Of a stretch of 64,000 nt of DNA, positions 45,472-55,228 are shown in pieces (position 1 is the stretch's first letter; each line of letters starts with the position of its first letter). Position numbers and translations under genes: made by a program. The notes beneath the pieces were generated by a model. It searched no databases, was not told the DNA's origin, and worked only from the letters and a program-made list of their open reading frames with translations. Origin of the DNA: Planctomycetia bacterium (GTDB taxonomy: Bacteria; Planctomycetota; GCA-002687715); contig SXUL01000036.1 of assembly GCA_005790545.1 (NCBI GenBank), forward strand, positions 80,123-144,122, written 5' to 3'.

Positions 45472-48453
45472 TCAGCGCGCCGCAAGGTGCGCACGCCACT
45501 GTCCCGCACGTGCCGCGGACTCGGCATCCGTTGCGCGGAGCGGCAGAGCGACAAGATCCTTCAGCAAGGCGCGCGCGAGGGCGCGATCCGCTTCACAGCG
45601 CACCGGGCTCGAACCACGCTCCACCAGCAAGACCAGCGCGTCCAGCTGCGGGTCTGTGAATTCACGAGCCGTCAGCCACTGGACCTCGCGCTCAAGAGGC
45701 AGACCGAGCGCGCTCGTCGCATCCGCGAACCACTGGCTGCGCGCGGACTTGCCATGCACCTCGCTCCACTGCCGGAAAGCCTCGGTGCGCTTCGGCGGCG
45801 ACGCATCGCGGGGTGCCTGAAAGGTGAGCGCCTCGAGTGCGCGCTCCGCGGATTCATCGCCCTCGGGCGCCAGCAGGAGACGCGCCAGCAAGGGTTGCAG
45901 GGCCTCCTCGCAACCGAGCCGCGCCAAGGCCAGCGCTGCAGCGCGTGCGAGAGCGGGCTCCGCAGCAGCGAGCCACGGCAGAATCAACGGCTTCGCTTCA
46001 AGTCCGAGCGCGCGTTGCAACACGGAGACAGCGAGAATCTTCAGCTCCACATGATCCGCGTGCTCGAGGATGTCGCGAATGCGCGCCGTCGTCGCGGAAA
46101 AGGTCGCGAGGATCTCGAGCGCTTCCCGACGCTGCGGCAGATCGCCGGCTTCGCGCACGATGCCGTGCAGCGCTTCCGCTGCGCGCGCGCCACCCGCCGC
46201 GCTGAGGGCTTTCAGCACAGCCGCTCGCTCGGCGATGCCGCCGTCACGCCAACACTGCATGGCCCGCGCAACACCTTGCTCTCCCATCACCGTGCCGAGA
46301 GCTGCGATGGCGCGCACGCGCAAGTTGGCGTCGGTGCCGCTGACGAGGCGCTCGAGAAGATCCGGCGTCCTCGGGTCGCGCAGCGTCGCGAGGCCACCAA
46401 GACAGGCCGAACGCACGGCACTGTCTTCGTCCCGGAGACCAGCGAGCAGTTGCTCGGCAGCTCCTTCGCCACCCCGGCGACCGAGTGCGCCAGCCGCCGC
46501 TGCGCGCACAGACGCCGCATCGCTGGCGAGCGCCAGTCCGAGTTCTTCGCGTGGCAGGGCATCCGTCAATTGTGCGAGAAGGTCCGCTCCTTCGCGTCCG
46601 GTGACGCGCGCTGCGAGCACCAGCATTTCGAGCCTGGCCTTCGGCGCAGCGCGCACGATGACCGCCGCAGCGAGCATCCGCTCACCCGCACCCTCAAGGC
46701 CGCTGGCGAGCACGACACTCGCGAGTCTCTCCGAGGCCGAGCGCAGCCACGCCTCCGGCATGTGGGCAAGCACGCCCGCGGCTGTGACCCGCGCGCGCGC
46801 ATCCAGGCTGGAGAAACTCCCGGCCGCCAGTTCGGCGATGGCTTCCATGCGCCGGGCCCGATCCGTGATCGCGATGAGTTTCGTTCCTGTGCTCTGGAGT
46901 GCTTCGGCTCTCGCCGCGGGATTCTCTCCCGGCACAAAGCTCTGCCATGCGCGCTCGAGGCTGAGCCGCTCGGTCAGCTCGACGAGACGATTCAAGTCTG
47001 CGGATGGCTCGGGTGCCTCGATGCGTTGGAAGCGGGCTCGCGCGCCGGGCAACGCGACGATGAGGCGCCACTCGACTCCTTTGCGCCCGGCATCCTCGGA
47101 GAGACCGCGCTGGCCCAGCATGTTGCAAGCGCGCAGCAGCGCGGCGACCTCGGCACAGGCCTCCGGCTCCATCCAAGTACCACCCTCGCTGAGTGCGCGC
47201 AGCGCCACCGCGTCGAGATGCAGGGACCACTCGAGACGTCCGTCCCGGAAGCGCTGCAGACTGAGGCGCAAATCGGTTTCGGCTTTCGCATCCAGGACCG
47301 CGAGCGCGCGCTCGGCATGGAACACGGCTGCGTTGCCGGCCCACCAACGTTTCCACGCCAGTGCATCTGCACCGAATTGTCGCCCCGAAAGGCGCGCCAG
47401 TTTCCGCCACACGAGATTCTCGATGGTGGAGTAGTCGGGATAGAAGGTGCCTCCGGCCACGGCATCGATCAGGAGTGGCACGAGCAGCGTATCGGCGAGG
47501 CGACGATCCTCCTCCGCGGCCGATGCCCAGCACACATTCGTGAGCACGATGGCAGCGGAAGCGCGCAGGAATGGATCGCCGGATTTCAGCCAGGCGCTCA
47601 AACTCTCGCGCCGCGCCGCTTCCACCGGGAGCAGCGTGCCGCCGTGCAGGTCCTCGTCCTCGACGAGCGCGAGCAAGGCATGCGCGGCTTGACGCTGCGG
47701 CGCCGTGCGCGCGAGTTCCAGCAAGCGCACGCGCGCTGCCTCGACGCCGAGGCGACCGAGGTGCTGGACCGCCGTGGCAGCCACGACGGCTTCGGGATCG
47801 GCGAGTGACTCGAAAAACTCGCTGCGCTGTTCGCAGCCAGGAATGCGTCCGAGCAGATCGAGGGCGGTTGCGCGCGCGGGACTGCGCTTGCTCTGAAAGA
47901 GGGCCAGCACGGTCGGGAGATGCTCTTCCTCGAGTCGCGCAGGGAGAGCGCGCGCGGCACTCTGACGCACACGCGCCGAGCCGTGGCTGAGCATGGGCAG
48001 GACGACAGCCGTGCCAACCTTCGCATCGATGCGCACGAGCGCGGCCATGAGGTCGGGCAGCCCGGCGCGGTTGCTCGGGTCCGCGATGGCGAGACGGAGC
48101 GGCTGCACGGCCGAGGCTTCGCGCATCTCTCCCAGCACCCACGCGGCGCCCGATTGCACACGCCAGTCGTTGTGCTGGAGAGCGCTGACGAGTCGAGGCA
48201 CCACTTCCCTGCCGAGCCCCGAGAGCACCAGCGCCGCTTCACGCGCACCCGCCTGAGGCCACTGGGCAAGACGCGCGAACAAGTCCCCGACGGGATCACG
48301 CGCGGGTTGTGCAACGGCAGTACCGCTCGTCGCCGGAGCAGGCTTCTCCTGAGTTTTTTCGGCCGGCTTCGGGCGCACTGGCGGCGGCGAGAAGACGGGG
48401 TCCTGCGCACCCAGGAACATCCCGATGAGAGAGACGAGCAGCATTGAACGCAT
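45472..48453 (-). CDS. large secreted HEAT-repeat (PBS lyase HEAT-like) protein, 993 aa
   Basis: Signal peptide (MRSMLLVSLIGMFLGAQD). Over ten recurrences of the '...VR..A..ALG.LG...A...L...L.D.D..VR..A..AL' HEAT-like unit across the whole length. Confidence 0.6.
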   Translation of the reverse strand: MRSMLLVSLIGMFLGAQDPVFSPPPVRPKPAEKTQEKPAPATSGTAVAQPARDPVGDLFARLAQWPQAGAREAALVLSGLGREVVPRLVSALQHNDWRVQSGAAWVLGEMREASAVQPLRLAIADPSNRAGLPDLMAALVRIDAKVGTAVVLPMLSHGSARVRQSAARALPARLEEEHLPTVLALFQSKRSPARATALDLLGRIPGCEQRSEFFESLADPEAVVAATAVQHLGRLGVEAARVRLLELARTAPQRQAAHALLALVEDEDLHGGTLLPVEAARRESLSAWLKSGDPFLRASAAIVLTNVCWASAAEEDRRLADTLLVPLLIDAVAGGTFYPDYSTIENLVWRKLARLSGRQFGADALAWKRWWAGNAAVFHAERALAVLDAKAETDLRLSLQRFRDGRLEWSLHLDAVALRALSEGGTWMEPEACAEVAALLRACNMLGQRGLSEDAGRKGVEWRLIVALPGARARFQRIEAPEPSADLNRLVELTERLSLERAWQSFVPGENPAARAEALQSTGTKLIAITDRARRMEAIAELAAGSFSSLDARARVTAAGVLAHMPEAWLRSASERLASVVLASGLEGAGERMLAAAVIVRAAPKARLEMLVLAARVTGREGADLLAQLTDALPREELGLALASDAASVRAAAAGALGRRGGEGAAEQLLAGLRDEDSAVRSACLGGLATLRDPRTPDLLERLVSGTDANLRVRAIAALGTVMGEQGVARAMQCWRDGGIAERAAVLKALSAAGGARAAEALHGIVREAGDLPQRREALEILATFSATTARIRDILEHADHVELKILAVSVLQRALGLEAKPLILPWLAAAEPALARAAALALARLGCEEALQPLLARLLLAPEGDESAERALEALTFQAPRDASPPKRTEAFRQWSEVHGKSARSQWFADATSALGLPLEREVQWLTAREFTDPQLDALVLLVERGSSPVRCEADRALARALLKDLVALPLRATDAESAARAGQWRAHLAAR

Positions 48454-48521
48454 GGAAGCCTCGACTCCAGTTCCGAAAACCGCGTGGGGATCACCAGTCT
48501 ATGGGCGCGGGTGCAGCAGCA

Positions 48522-49016
48522 TCAAGGCGCACCCAGCCAGCCGGAGACACGCAACTGTCCGTCCGGGTCGGGGTTGACGCGCAGACTCACGGCCACGCCG
48601 CTCTTGGCCACCAAGCGGACAAGGAATCCGCCCGGATCGATGCCGAGTTGTGCCAGCCGCCGCACGGCGGATTCGGCGTCGAGTTCCTCTCCGCGCGGCC
48701 AGTGGCCTGCATGCAGTTGGCGGCCCGTGAAGGCCTCCACACGATCGGCCATGCGGCCTGCGCGAGCGATCTCCGCGATGTGGCCTGGCAGGTTCTGACG
48801 CAGTTCCTCCGCACTCTCCCAGTCGCGCGTGAGCATGCGAAAAGGCGGCATGCAATGGGAGAGCGCCGCTTCCGCATCGGCATCGATGCACGCCTTCACG
48901 AAGGCTGTCGCCTCAGCCTCTGCAGAGCGCGCGCGCGCGGTGTCGAGGGCTGATTCCTCGTCCGCGCAGGAGAGCACGAGGGTGAAAAGAAGACAGAGCA
49001 CGGCTGCACGTCGCAT
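48522..49016 (-). CDS. hypothetical lipoprotein
   Basis: 164 aa. Lipoprotein signal 'LCLLFTLVLSC'. No family. Confidence 0.4.
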   Translation of the reverse strand: MRRAAVLCLLFTLVLSCADEESALDTARARSAEAEATAFVKACIDADAEAALSHCMPPFRMLTRDWESAEELRQNLPGHIAEIARAGRMADRVEAFTGRQLHAGHWPRGEELDAESAVRRLAQLGIDPGGFLVRLVAKSGVAVSLRVNPDPDGQLRVSGWLGAP

Positions 49017-49058
49017 GGGCCCATTCTCTGCGGCTCCTGCGCTCCGGTCCAGCCGGGT

Positions 49059-51149
49059 TCACAGGGCGTCTTGCGGCCGGAACTCCGGACTGACCGCGCT
49101 CTGCAACGCCATGAGGTAGTCACGCGCGTCCGCATCGCCGGCCGCGAGGACCTTTGCCGCCGTGCTGCGCGCCAGATCCAGCAGCCTGTCCTCGCGCACG
49201 CGGGCAACGCGGAGCACACCGCCATGGCCAGCCTGGCGCACTCCGAGGACCTCACCCGGACCACGTTGTGCGAGATCCGCATCGGCCAGCCGAAAGCCGT
49301 CCCGTTCGCGCACGAGGGTTTCCATGCGTTGCAGGGCCTCCGGCTTGGCCCCTGCACCCGGCACGATGTGACAAGTACCGGCCTTCGCACCACGCCCCAC
49401 GCGACCGCGCAACTGATGCAGCGTCGCGAGACCATGCCGCTCCGCGCCGAGGATGACCATCTGGGTGGCCTCAGGCACATCGAGCCCCACCTCAACCAAC
49501 ACCGTGGCCAGCAACACGAGCGTCTGACCCGTGCGAAAACTCTCGAGGCCTGACTGCCGCTCTTCCGCCGTCTGGGCTCCGTGCACCATCGCGACGGGAA
49601 TCCCCGCCAGTTCGCGCCGCTGCCAGCGCACACCTTCGCGCACGAGCGCGGGAACTCCTGCGGCCGTGATGGCGGGAAAGACGACGAATGATCGTTCGCC
49701 GCGCGCCGCCGCTTCACGCACCGCAGCGAGTGCCTCCTCCACATTGGCGAGGCGCGTGGTCAGTCCGGCCCGCCCCGGCGGCATGCCCGCGAGTTGCGAG
49801 CGCGGCAGATCACCGAGCAAGGTGAGCATGAGCGTGCGCGGAATGGGTGTCGCGCTGACAGAAAGCGCGTGCACGGCCACGCCCATTTTCACCGCCGCCA
49901 GTCGGTTGCGCACTCCAAAGCGCTGCTGTTCGTCGATGACGACCAGACCCAGCCGTTTCCCGTCGAGCTTCGCTCGCAGTACGGCGTGAGTGGCGGTGAT
50001 GATGTCCGCCTCGGCGAGCTCGCGGGCCCGCGCAGCGCTGCCGCCGGTCTTCAGCGCGAGCTTCACCCGCGACCCCTTGAGCCAGCGCACGAGCAGTTGG
50101 TGGTGCTGTTCTGCGAGTTCCTGCGTGGGCGCGAGAAAAATCACGCTCCGCCCCGCCGCTACCGTTGCGAGCGCCGCAGCCACAGCCACCGCGGTCTTGC
50201 CGCTGCCCACGTCCCCCTGCAGGACGCGCCGCATCGGGCGCGTGACTTGCATGTCGGAGAGAATCTCATCCAGCACAGTGCGCTGACCGGCAGTAAGGGC
50301 GAAGGGCAGGCGCGCATCGATCCGGGCCGCGATCTTCTGCGAGACCCTGATCTCTGGGGCAAGAGCTGCGGCCCCGCCCGTCCCCAGCGCCACCAGCAGA
50401 GCGACGAACCGGTCGAACAGCAGACGCTCCATTCCTGCATCGGCCTCAGTTTCCAGGACAGGCTCATGCACGCGCCGGAAGGCCAGACCGAGCGGCAACA
50501 TCTCGGCGCCGATCCAGGCTGCGAGCGGATCAGGAAGATCCAGTTGCAGCGCTTGGTGAATCAAACCGCGCAGCGTGCCTGCCGCGAGTCCCGGGATGGT
50601 CGGCCAGCGCGGATGCAGGGTTTGCAGTGCGCGCGCCAGCTCTTCGTCACTGCCGACGACCTGACAGCGCTCGATGACGAACGGCTCCTCGGCAGCGCTT
50701 GCGCCGCGCCCGGTGAGGAGCAGTTCCGTGCCGGGCGGCCATGAGAGATTGCTCCCTCCACGTCCGTACCAACGCGCCCTGAGACGGCCCTCCTCTGAGC
50801 GCAATGTCAGCTCGAGGAATCCCCCGCGCCGTCCGCGCATCCTGCCGGTTCGCACACGTTCCAGTACCGCCGTGAAAGCGCACAGCCCGGCCACGGGCCG
50901 CGGCACCAATTCCGGCGTTCGCGCGTAGCCAACGGGAGTGACCAGCAGGAGCTCGAGAAGCTGATGGATGTCCGCCGCAGCGAGACACTTCTCACGCTCG
51001 GGACCAATGCCCTTCAGGCCGGAGAGTGGCGCGAGAAGGCTCGTCACGGCAGGGCATCGAGCGAGCGGACGATGTCCGCCACATCGAGACCGTAAGCACG
51101 CAGGCACGTCGCGAGTGCATCCGACTCGGCCACCACGCAGCGCGTGCAA
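49059..51149 (-). CDS. recG: ATP-dependent DNA helicase RecG
   Basis: N-terminal wedge domain ('LSGLKGIGPEREKCLAAADIHQLLELL...P..Y'), helicase motifs 'LQGDVGSGKT', 'VIDEQQRFGV', 'SATPIPRT', 'QLRGRVGRG'. Exact start uncertain: ATG 51149, or GTG about 51047. Confidence 0.9.
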   Translation of the reverse strand: MHALRGGRVGCTRDVPACLRSRCGGHRPLARCPAVTSLLAPLSGLKGIGPEREKCLAAADIHQLLELLLVTPVGYARTPELVPRPVAGLCAFTAVLERVRTGRMRGRRGGFLELTLRSEEGRLRARWYGRGGSNLSWPPGTELLLTGRGASAAEEPFVIERCQVVGSDEELARALQTLHPRWPTIPGLAAGTLRGLIHQALQLDLPDPLAAWIGAEMLPLGLAFRRVHEPVLETEADAGMERLLFDRFVALLVALGTGGAAALAPEIRVSQKIAARIDARLPFALTAGQRTVLDEILSDMQVTRPMRRVLQGDVGSGKTAVAVAAALATVAAGRSVIFLAPTQELAEQHHQLLVRWLKGSRVKLALKTGGSAARARELAEADIITATHAVLRAKLDGKRLGLVVIDEQQRFGVRNRLAAVKMGVAVHALSVSATPIPRTLMLTLLGDLPRSQLAGMPPGRAGLTTRLANVEEALAAVREAAARGERSFVVFPAITAAGVPALVREGVRWQRRELAGIPVAMVHGAQTAEERQSGLESFRTGQTLVLLATVLVEVGLDVPEATQMVILGAERHGLATLHQLRGRVGRGAKAGTCHIVPGAGAKPEALQRMETLVRERDGFRLADADLAQRGPGEVLGVRQAGHGGVLRVARVREDRLLDLARSTAAKVLAAGDADARDYLMALQSAVSPEFRPQDAL

Positions 51150-51319
51150 GGCAGCCCGCGTGCTTCGAGAAACTCCGCCGCACCGAGCCGTGCAGCGAGC
51201 ACATCCATGACGCGCATGGAGGGGGTGATTTCCGGACGTTCCGCAGTTGCTTCGGCGGCCATGACGCCAAGGTTGTGCGCCACGGCCTCTCCGGTCAAGC
51301 GCGTGATAGGCTGCGCCAC

Positions 51320-52639
51320 ATGTTGCACGCCAGCGCCTCCCTTGCCATGTGCTGCATCGTCGGAGCTCTCGCGCTCGCTCAGGCTCCCGATCCCAAGCGT
51401 GTTGCGGCCGCAGAGGAAGCTCTCACTCGGGCGCGCGAAGCCCTTGCCACGAGCTACGAGTCGCTGGAAGCCGAATTGAAAACGGGCGGAGAGCGAGTGA
51501 AGAGTCTCCTCCTTGCGGAGCTCCGTCCCGTCGCTGACAACTGGCGCAACGCCACCGCACCTCAGGTCATCAAGCTCCTCGGCGAAGGTCGAAAAAAACT
51601 ACTCTCTCTCGCGCGACATGACGACCGCAACCTCGCTGAACTCGCAGCCTGGATGGCGCAACGGTTCAACGGCCTCGTGCAGGAAAAGGGTGCTGCTCTC
51701 GCAAAGGAATCCACCGAGGACTTGTGCGGCATGCTCCTGAGCCCGCTGCTGGACAGCCGCGCTTTCCACGAACGCTGGAATGCCGAACTCGCGCCGCTCC
51801 TTCCTTCCGCCGAGGTCTGGCGCAAGGCAACTCTCGATCTCGAAGGACTGCGCGAGGCGGCCGAGGTCGCCAAGGACCCCTCGCGCACCTTCCGCCGCGG
51901 CGCCCCGGCAGGCTTCGCACGCATCCCGGCGGGCACCTACAGCACGATCTTCAGTGGCGGTTTCTCCGGACAAGGAGTGCGAAAAAAAGACCGCCCCTTC
52001 GTGCTGGGGCACGACCTCTTCCTCGGCGTCGATGAGGTCACCCAAGCCGAATACCTCGCGTGGATCCTGAGCCTGAGTGAGGAGGAGCGTCGCCTGCACC
52101 AGCCTCGCGATGACAGTGGCAAGCCGCGCTGGGAAGCTGCAGAGGGAACGGGAGTGCTCGCTCTCGTGCCCGGCTCGGAGAAACTGCCGGTGACGGGCAT
52201 CACACTCGCAAGCGCCATCGCATTTGCGAACGCCAACGGTGCGCGCCTGCCCACAGAAGAGGAATGGTGCGCCGCCGCTTCCGGCAAGGAACGCTTCGCG
52301 TACCCGTGGGGCGCGCGCTACGACAAGGGGCGTTGCAACGATCGCGACGGCGGTCTTGGTGCTCTCGCTCCGGTCGGCTCGTTCGCGGGCGCGCGAGGCC
52401 CCTTCGGCCACAATGACCTCGCAGGCAATGCCTCCGAGTGGACCCTCACGCTCGAATCCGGCAAGGTCCTGGAACCCGGCGCCGAACCACAGGAAAACGT
52501 TGTGGTCCGCGGAGGCTCATTCAAGAACAGCGGCGCGGATGTGACGACCGGCTGGGTCTGGTTGAAACGCGCGGTGGGTGACCGCGACACAGAGACCGGT
52601 TTCCGACTCCTCATCGATCCTGCGGCGAAGGCTCGCTGA
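51320..52639 (+). CDS. formylglycine-generating-enzyme (FGE/SUMF1)-family protein with N-terminal helical region
   Basis: Start at Met 51320 with signal peptide (MLHASASLAMCCIVGALALAQA). C-terminal about 250 aa carries FGE-sulfatase domain hallmarks ('ARLPTEEEWCAAASG', 'YPWG', 'GNASEWT', 'RGGSF'). Divergent from recG. Confidence 0.65.
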   Translation: MLHASASLAMCCIVGALALAQAPDPKRVAAAEEALTRAREALATSYESLEAELKTGGERVKSLLLAELRPVADNWRNATAPQVIKLLGEGRKKLLSLARHDDRNLAELAAWMAQRFNGLVQEKGAALAKESTEDLCGMLLSPLLDSRAFHERWNAELAPLLPSAEVWRKATLDLEGLREAAEVAKDPSRTFRRGAPAGFARIPAGTYSTIFSGGFSGQGVRKKDRPFVLGHDLFLGVDEVTQAEYLAWILSLSEEERRLHQPRDDSGKPRWEAAEGTGVLALVPGSEKLPVTGITLASAIAFANANGARLPTEEEWCAAASGKERFAYPWGARYDKGRCNDRDGGLGALAPVGSFAGARGPFGHNDLAGNASEWTLTLESGKVLEPGAEPQENVVVRGGSFKNSGADVTTGWVWLKRAVGDRDTETGFRLLIDPAAKAR

Positions 52640-52662
52640 GGCGCTGTACGCCTCGCACCCCG

Positions 52663-53274
52663 TCACGCGCGGCGTTGAACCAGCACGGCGAAATCCGTGT
52701 CGTCTTCGGCCTCGAGGCGCTGCGGCGTGGCCCCTTCGAGTGCCAGTGACTCTCCGCTCTTGAGCTGCAGGCGCTTTCCTTTCACTTCCACCGCCAGCGC
52801 GCCGTGGTGCACCACGATGGTCAAGGCGTGCGCCACCCCGAATTCCGGCGCTACCGCGACCGAGCCACGGCGGCCCTCACCGAGGAGAAGCTCCGTCTGA
52901 CCTTGCTGCACGCCCCTGAAGTGGAATGCCCCGGCGCGCAGTTCGCGCGTCTGCTGCACGTTGGTCTCCGTGCGTTCTGCGAGGGACAGCAGACCGAAGG
53001 TGCTGATGCCGAGTCCCTCGGCGATGCGATCGAGGGTGTCGAGGTTGGGCTTGATGAGGTTGGTTTCGATGCGCGAGATGGGCGCATACGAAAGCCCGCA
53101 GGAGCGCGCGAATTTCTCGATGGTGAGGCCCTTTTGTTGGCGCAGCGTGCGGATGACGCTGAAGTCATAGCGTCGGCGGACCTCGTGGGCGCGCTGGTGC
53201 CTGGCGATGACCGAATTCGATTCTTCTGCGACGAGTTCGTCGCCCGTTTCTGAACGCGAAGACTGCGTGGCCAT
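52663..53274 (-). CDS. XRE-family HTH transcriptional regulator with C-terminal cupin domain
   Basis: HTH_3 'IRTLRQQKGLTIEKFARSCGLSYAPISRIETNLIKPNLDTLDRIAEGLGIS'. C-terminal beta-rich cupin-like segment. Start at Met 53274 preferred (MATQSSRSE...). Last gene of the minus-strand microcompartment cluster. Confidence 0.65.
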   Translation of the reverse strand: MATQSSRSETGDELVAEESNSVIARHQRAHEVRRRYDFSVIRTLRQQKGLTIEKFARSCGLSYAPISRIETNLIKPNLDTLDRIAEGLGISTFGLLSLAERTETNVQQTRELRAGAFHFRGVQQGQTELLLGEGRRGSVAVAPEFGVAHALTIVVHHGALAVEVKGKRLQLKSGESLALEGATPQRLEAEDDTDFAVLVQRRA

Positions 53275-53375
53275 GACGGGCCTCCCTCTTGAAGCGGCAG
53301 GCGCTGCCTCAACAGCCCTATCGGGTGTGGCCCGAACCCGTCTTGCGATCAACTCCGGTTCGGGAGGAGTATTCT

Positions 53376-54629
53376 TCAGTGATCGAGAACAACGATCACG
53401 GATTCGCCCACATCAGGGTTGCCCTCGGCCGCACGCAAATGCACCGCGCGGAGGGATTCGATGGCGCCGAGAATCTCGTCGGCCACCCGTTGTGCGGGAG
53501 GGAGCAAGAAGACTTCCCAGCCTTGTGGAGGCTGAGGACGCACTGCATTGGCAGTCCACTCGAGCTTGCCCCGACTGGCCGCGGCAAGCAGTGCCGTCTC
53601 CATCGTTTGCAGCGGCTCCGCGCGCTGAACGAGCAGCGCGCGCACAGCCTCGATCGCAGCGGGCCCTTCAGCCACATAGAGGCGCCGTGTCTCGCTGCCG
53701 CGTACTGCTCCCGGTTCGGAAACCGCGCGCTTCGCCACCAGTTGCGCCTTCGTGCTGGGGACATCGGCATCCAGCGACTCCACGCTGAGGCCACGACCGG
53801 GCTTGCCAGCGCCATCGATCACGGAGATAGCGGCGCGTGCGTCTGCAACGAACGACTCGAAGGCGCGCGCACCGGATGCCACCGCTGCGTTGCAACGTGC
53901 GAGTTCGCGCTCGGACAGCGTCCGCTCGGGCGTAGCTGGCTCTGGAATGCTCTCGGCCCGTGCACGCTCCTGGATGAGTCCCGCTTCGCAGGAAAAACGC
54001 ACACTCAGGCCGTCGTCCGTGGTTCGGCGCGGCAGCGTGAACGCGCGCGTGAGCATCGGCGCGCCAACCAGCGGAGCATTCTTGCGACGCAGGCCTGCGT
54101 GCGGTGCGCGCTTCTCGTCCGCTTCTTGATGGGCGTCCTGTTGCCGCGCGCCGTCAACACCAACTCCGCCTCCGGGGCTGTCCTCGGCAAGGCGGCCAAG
54201 GTCTTTGCTCCTCCCCTCTGTCGTGAGCGTCTCTCCCTGACCGGCTTCCGACCCCTCGGCAGTCACGCTCGGCGCAGGATCACCTGTCCATTCCGAGGGG
54301 CGTGACAGGAGCTCCACCACCCAACTTGTGAGTCCGACCACTGCGACGAGCACCGCAGCCCTCCGCAGCAGCGGGAAATAAGGGAAACGGCGACGCGCCG
54401 GGCGCAGCGCTCCCTGAAGGCGTCGAACCACGTCATCCGCAACAGGCGGGATGGCAGCCCTCCTGAGCTCCGCGCGCTGGCGCGCAAAGGCGCTGCTTGC
54501 GCTCCGACACGCCGCGCAATCGGTCAGATGCTGCTCGAGACGTGCCGCGTCCGCGGCATCCAACCGGCCATCGAGCGCAGCGCTCGAGAGCTCGCGGAAG
54601 GGCTCGCACGGATGCTCTTTCATGCGCAC
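53376..54629 (-). CDS. membrane-spanning anti-sigma factor (zf-HC2 type) with large C-terminal extracytoplasmic domain
   Basis: N-terminal 'HLTDCAACR' zinc-finger anti-sigma motif, one TM helix (AAVLVAVVGLTSWVVELL), then about 290 aa periplasmic region. Overlaps the ECF sigma gene stop by a few nt (translational coupling). Confidence 0.65.
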   Translation of the reverse strand: MRMKEHPCEPFRELSSAALDGRLDAADAARLEQHLTDCAACRSASSAFARQRAELRRAAIPPVADDVVRRLQGALRPARRRFPYFPLLRRAAVLVAVVGLTSWVVELLSRPSEWTGDPAPSVTAEGSEAGQGETLTTEGRSKDLGRLAEDSPGGGVGVDGARQQDAHQEADEKRAPHAGLRRKNAPLVGAPMLTRAFTLPRRTTDDGLSVRFSCEAGLIQERARAESIPEPATPERTLSERELARCNAAVASGARAFESFVADARAAISVIDGAGKPGRGLSVESLDADVPSTKAQLVAKRAVSEPGAVRGSETRRLYVAEGPAAIEAVRALLVQRAEPLQTMETALLAAASRGKLEWTANAVRPQPPQGWEVFLLPPAQRVADEILGAIESLRAVHLRAAEGNPDVGESVIVVLDH

Positions 54630-55189
54630 TCTCCCGAGAGCAGTTGGCGCAATCTCTCGCGCGCGCGAAAGAGCCGCGAGCGCACTGTGCCGGGCGGGAT
54701 TTCGAGAATGAGTGCGATGTCCTCGTAGCTCCGGTCATCAATGTCGCGCAGGATGAGAATGGCGCGCAGTTCCTCGGGCAACTCTCGGAGTGCGTTCAAG
54801 GCGCGGCCGTGCTCCTCTTGCAACATGAGCGATGCACCGGCGTCCTCCGTCACAGCGGGTTCGGGATGATCCGTGGGACCGTCGCCGAGAGTTTGGGTCA
54901 CATTCGGGCGGGCCTTGCGCGCGCGCGCCGCGGACACCACTGTGTTGTGCCCAATACGGCAGAGCCACGTCGAAAAACTGCTCTCGGAGGTGAAGCTCGC
55001 GAGCCCCCTGAAGGCCTTGAGCCAGGTCTCCTGACAGAGGTCGAGAGCGAGTTCGGGGTCGCGGGTCATGCGCAGAATGAAGGCGTGCAAGCGATCGGCA
55101 TGGAGTTTCACCAAGGCCGTGAATGCCTCCTCCGACCCCTGCTGCGCGGCCTTCAGGAGTCCCGCTTCAGAGTGGATTGCGTCACCCAA
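54620..55189 (-). CDS. RNA polymerase sigma-70 factor, ECF subfamily
   Basis: 189 aa. Region 2 'FTALVKLHADRLHAFILRMTRDPELALDLCQETWLKAFRGLASF' and region 4 'LPEELRAILILRDIDDRSYEDIALILEIPPGTVRSRLFRARERL'. Confidence 0.85.
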   Translation of the reverse strand: MGDAIHSEAGLLKAAQQGSEEAFTALVKLHADRLHAFILRMTRDPELALDLCQETWLKAFRGLASFTSESSFSTWLCRIGHNTVVSAARARKARPNVTQTLGDGPTDHPEPAVTEDAGASLMLQEEHGRALNALRELPEELRAILILRDIDDRSYEDIALILEIPPGTVRSRLFRARERLRQLLSGECA

Positions 55190-55228
55190 TCGGCATCCCT
55201 TCGACGCCTGCCAACCGGCCAGGTTCCG

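Noticed and set aside
45487-47808. 773-aa plus-strand ORF antisense to the HEAT-repeat gene
   Set aside because: Arg/Gly/Glu-rich low-complexity shadow ORF; no domains. The minus-strand product has a signal peptide and coherent repeat architecture.
46694-48142. 482-aa minus-strand ORF in a second frame within the HEAT-repeat gene
   Set aside because: Extremely Arg/Gly/Ala/Pro-biased (frame-shifted reading of GC-rich codons); no independent evidence.
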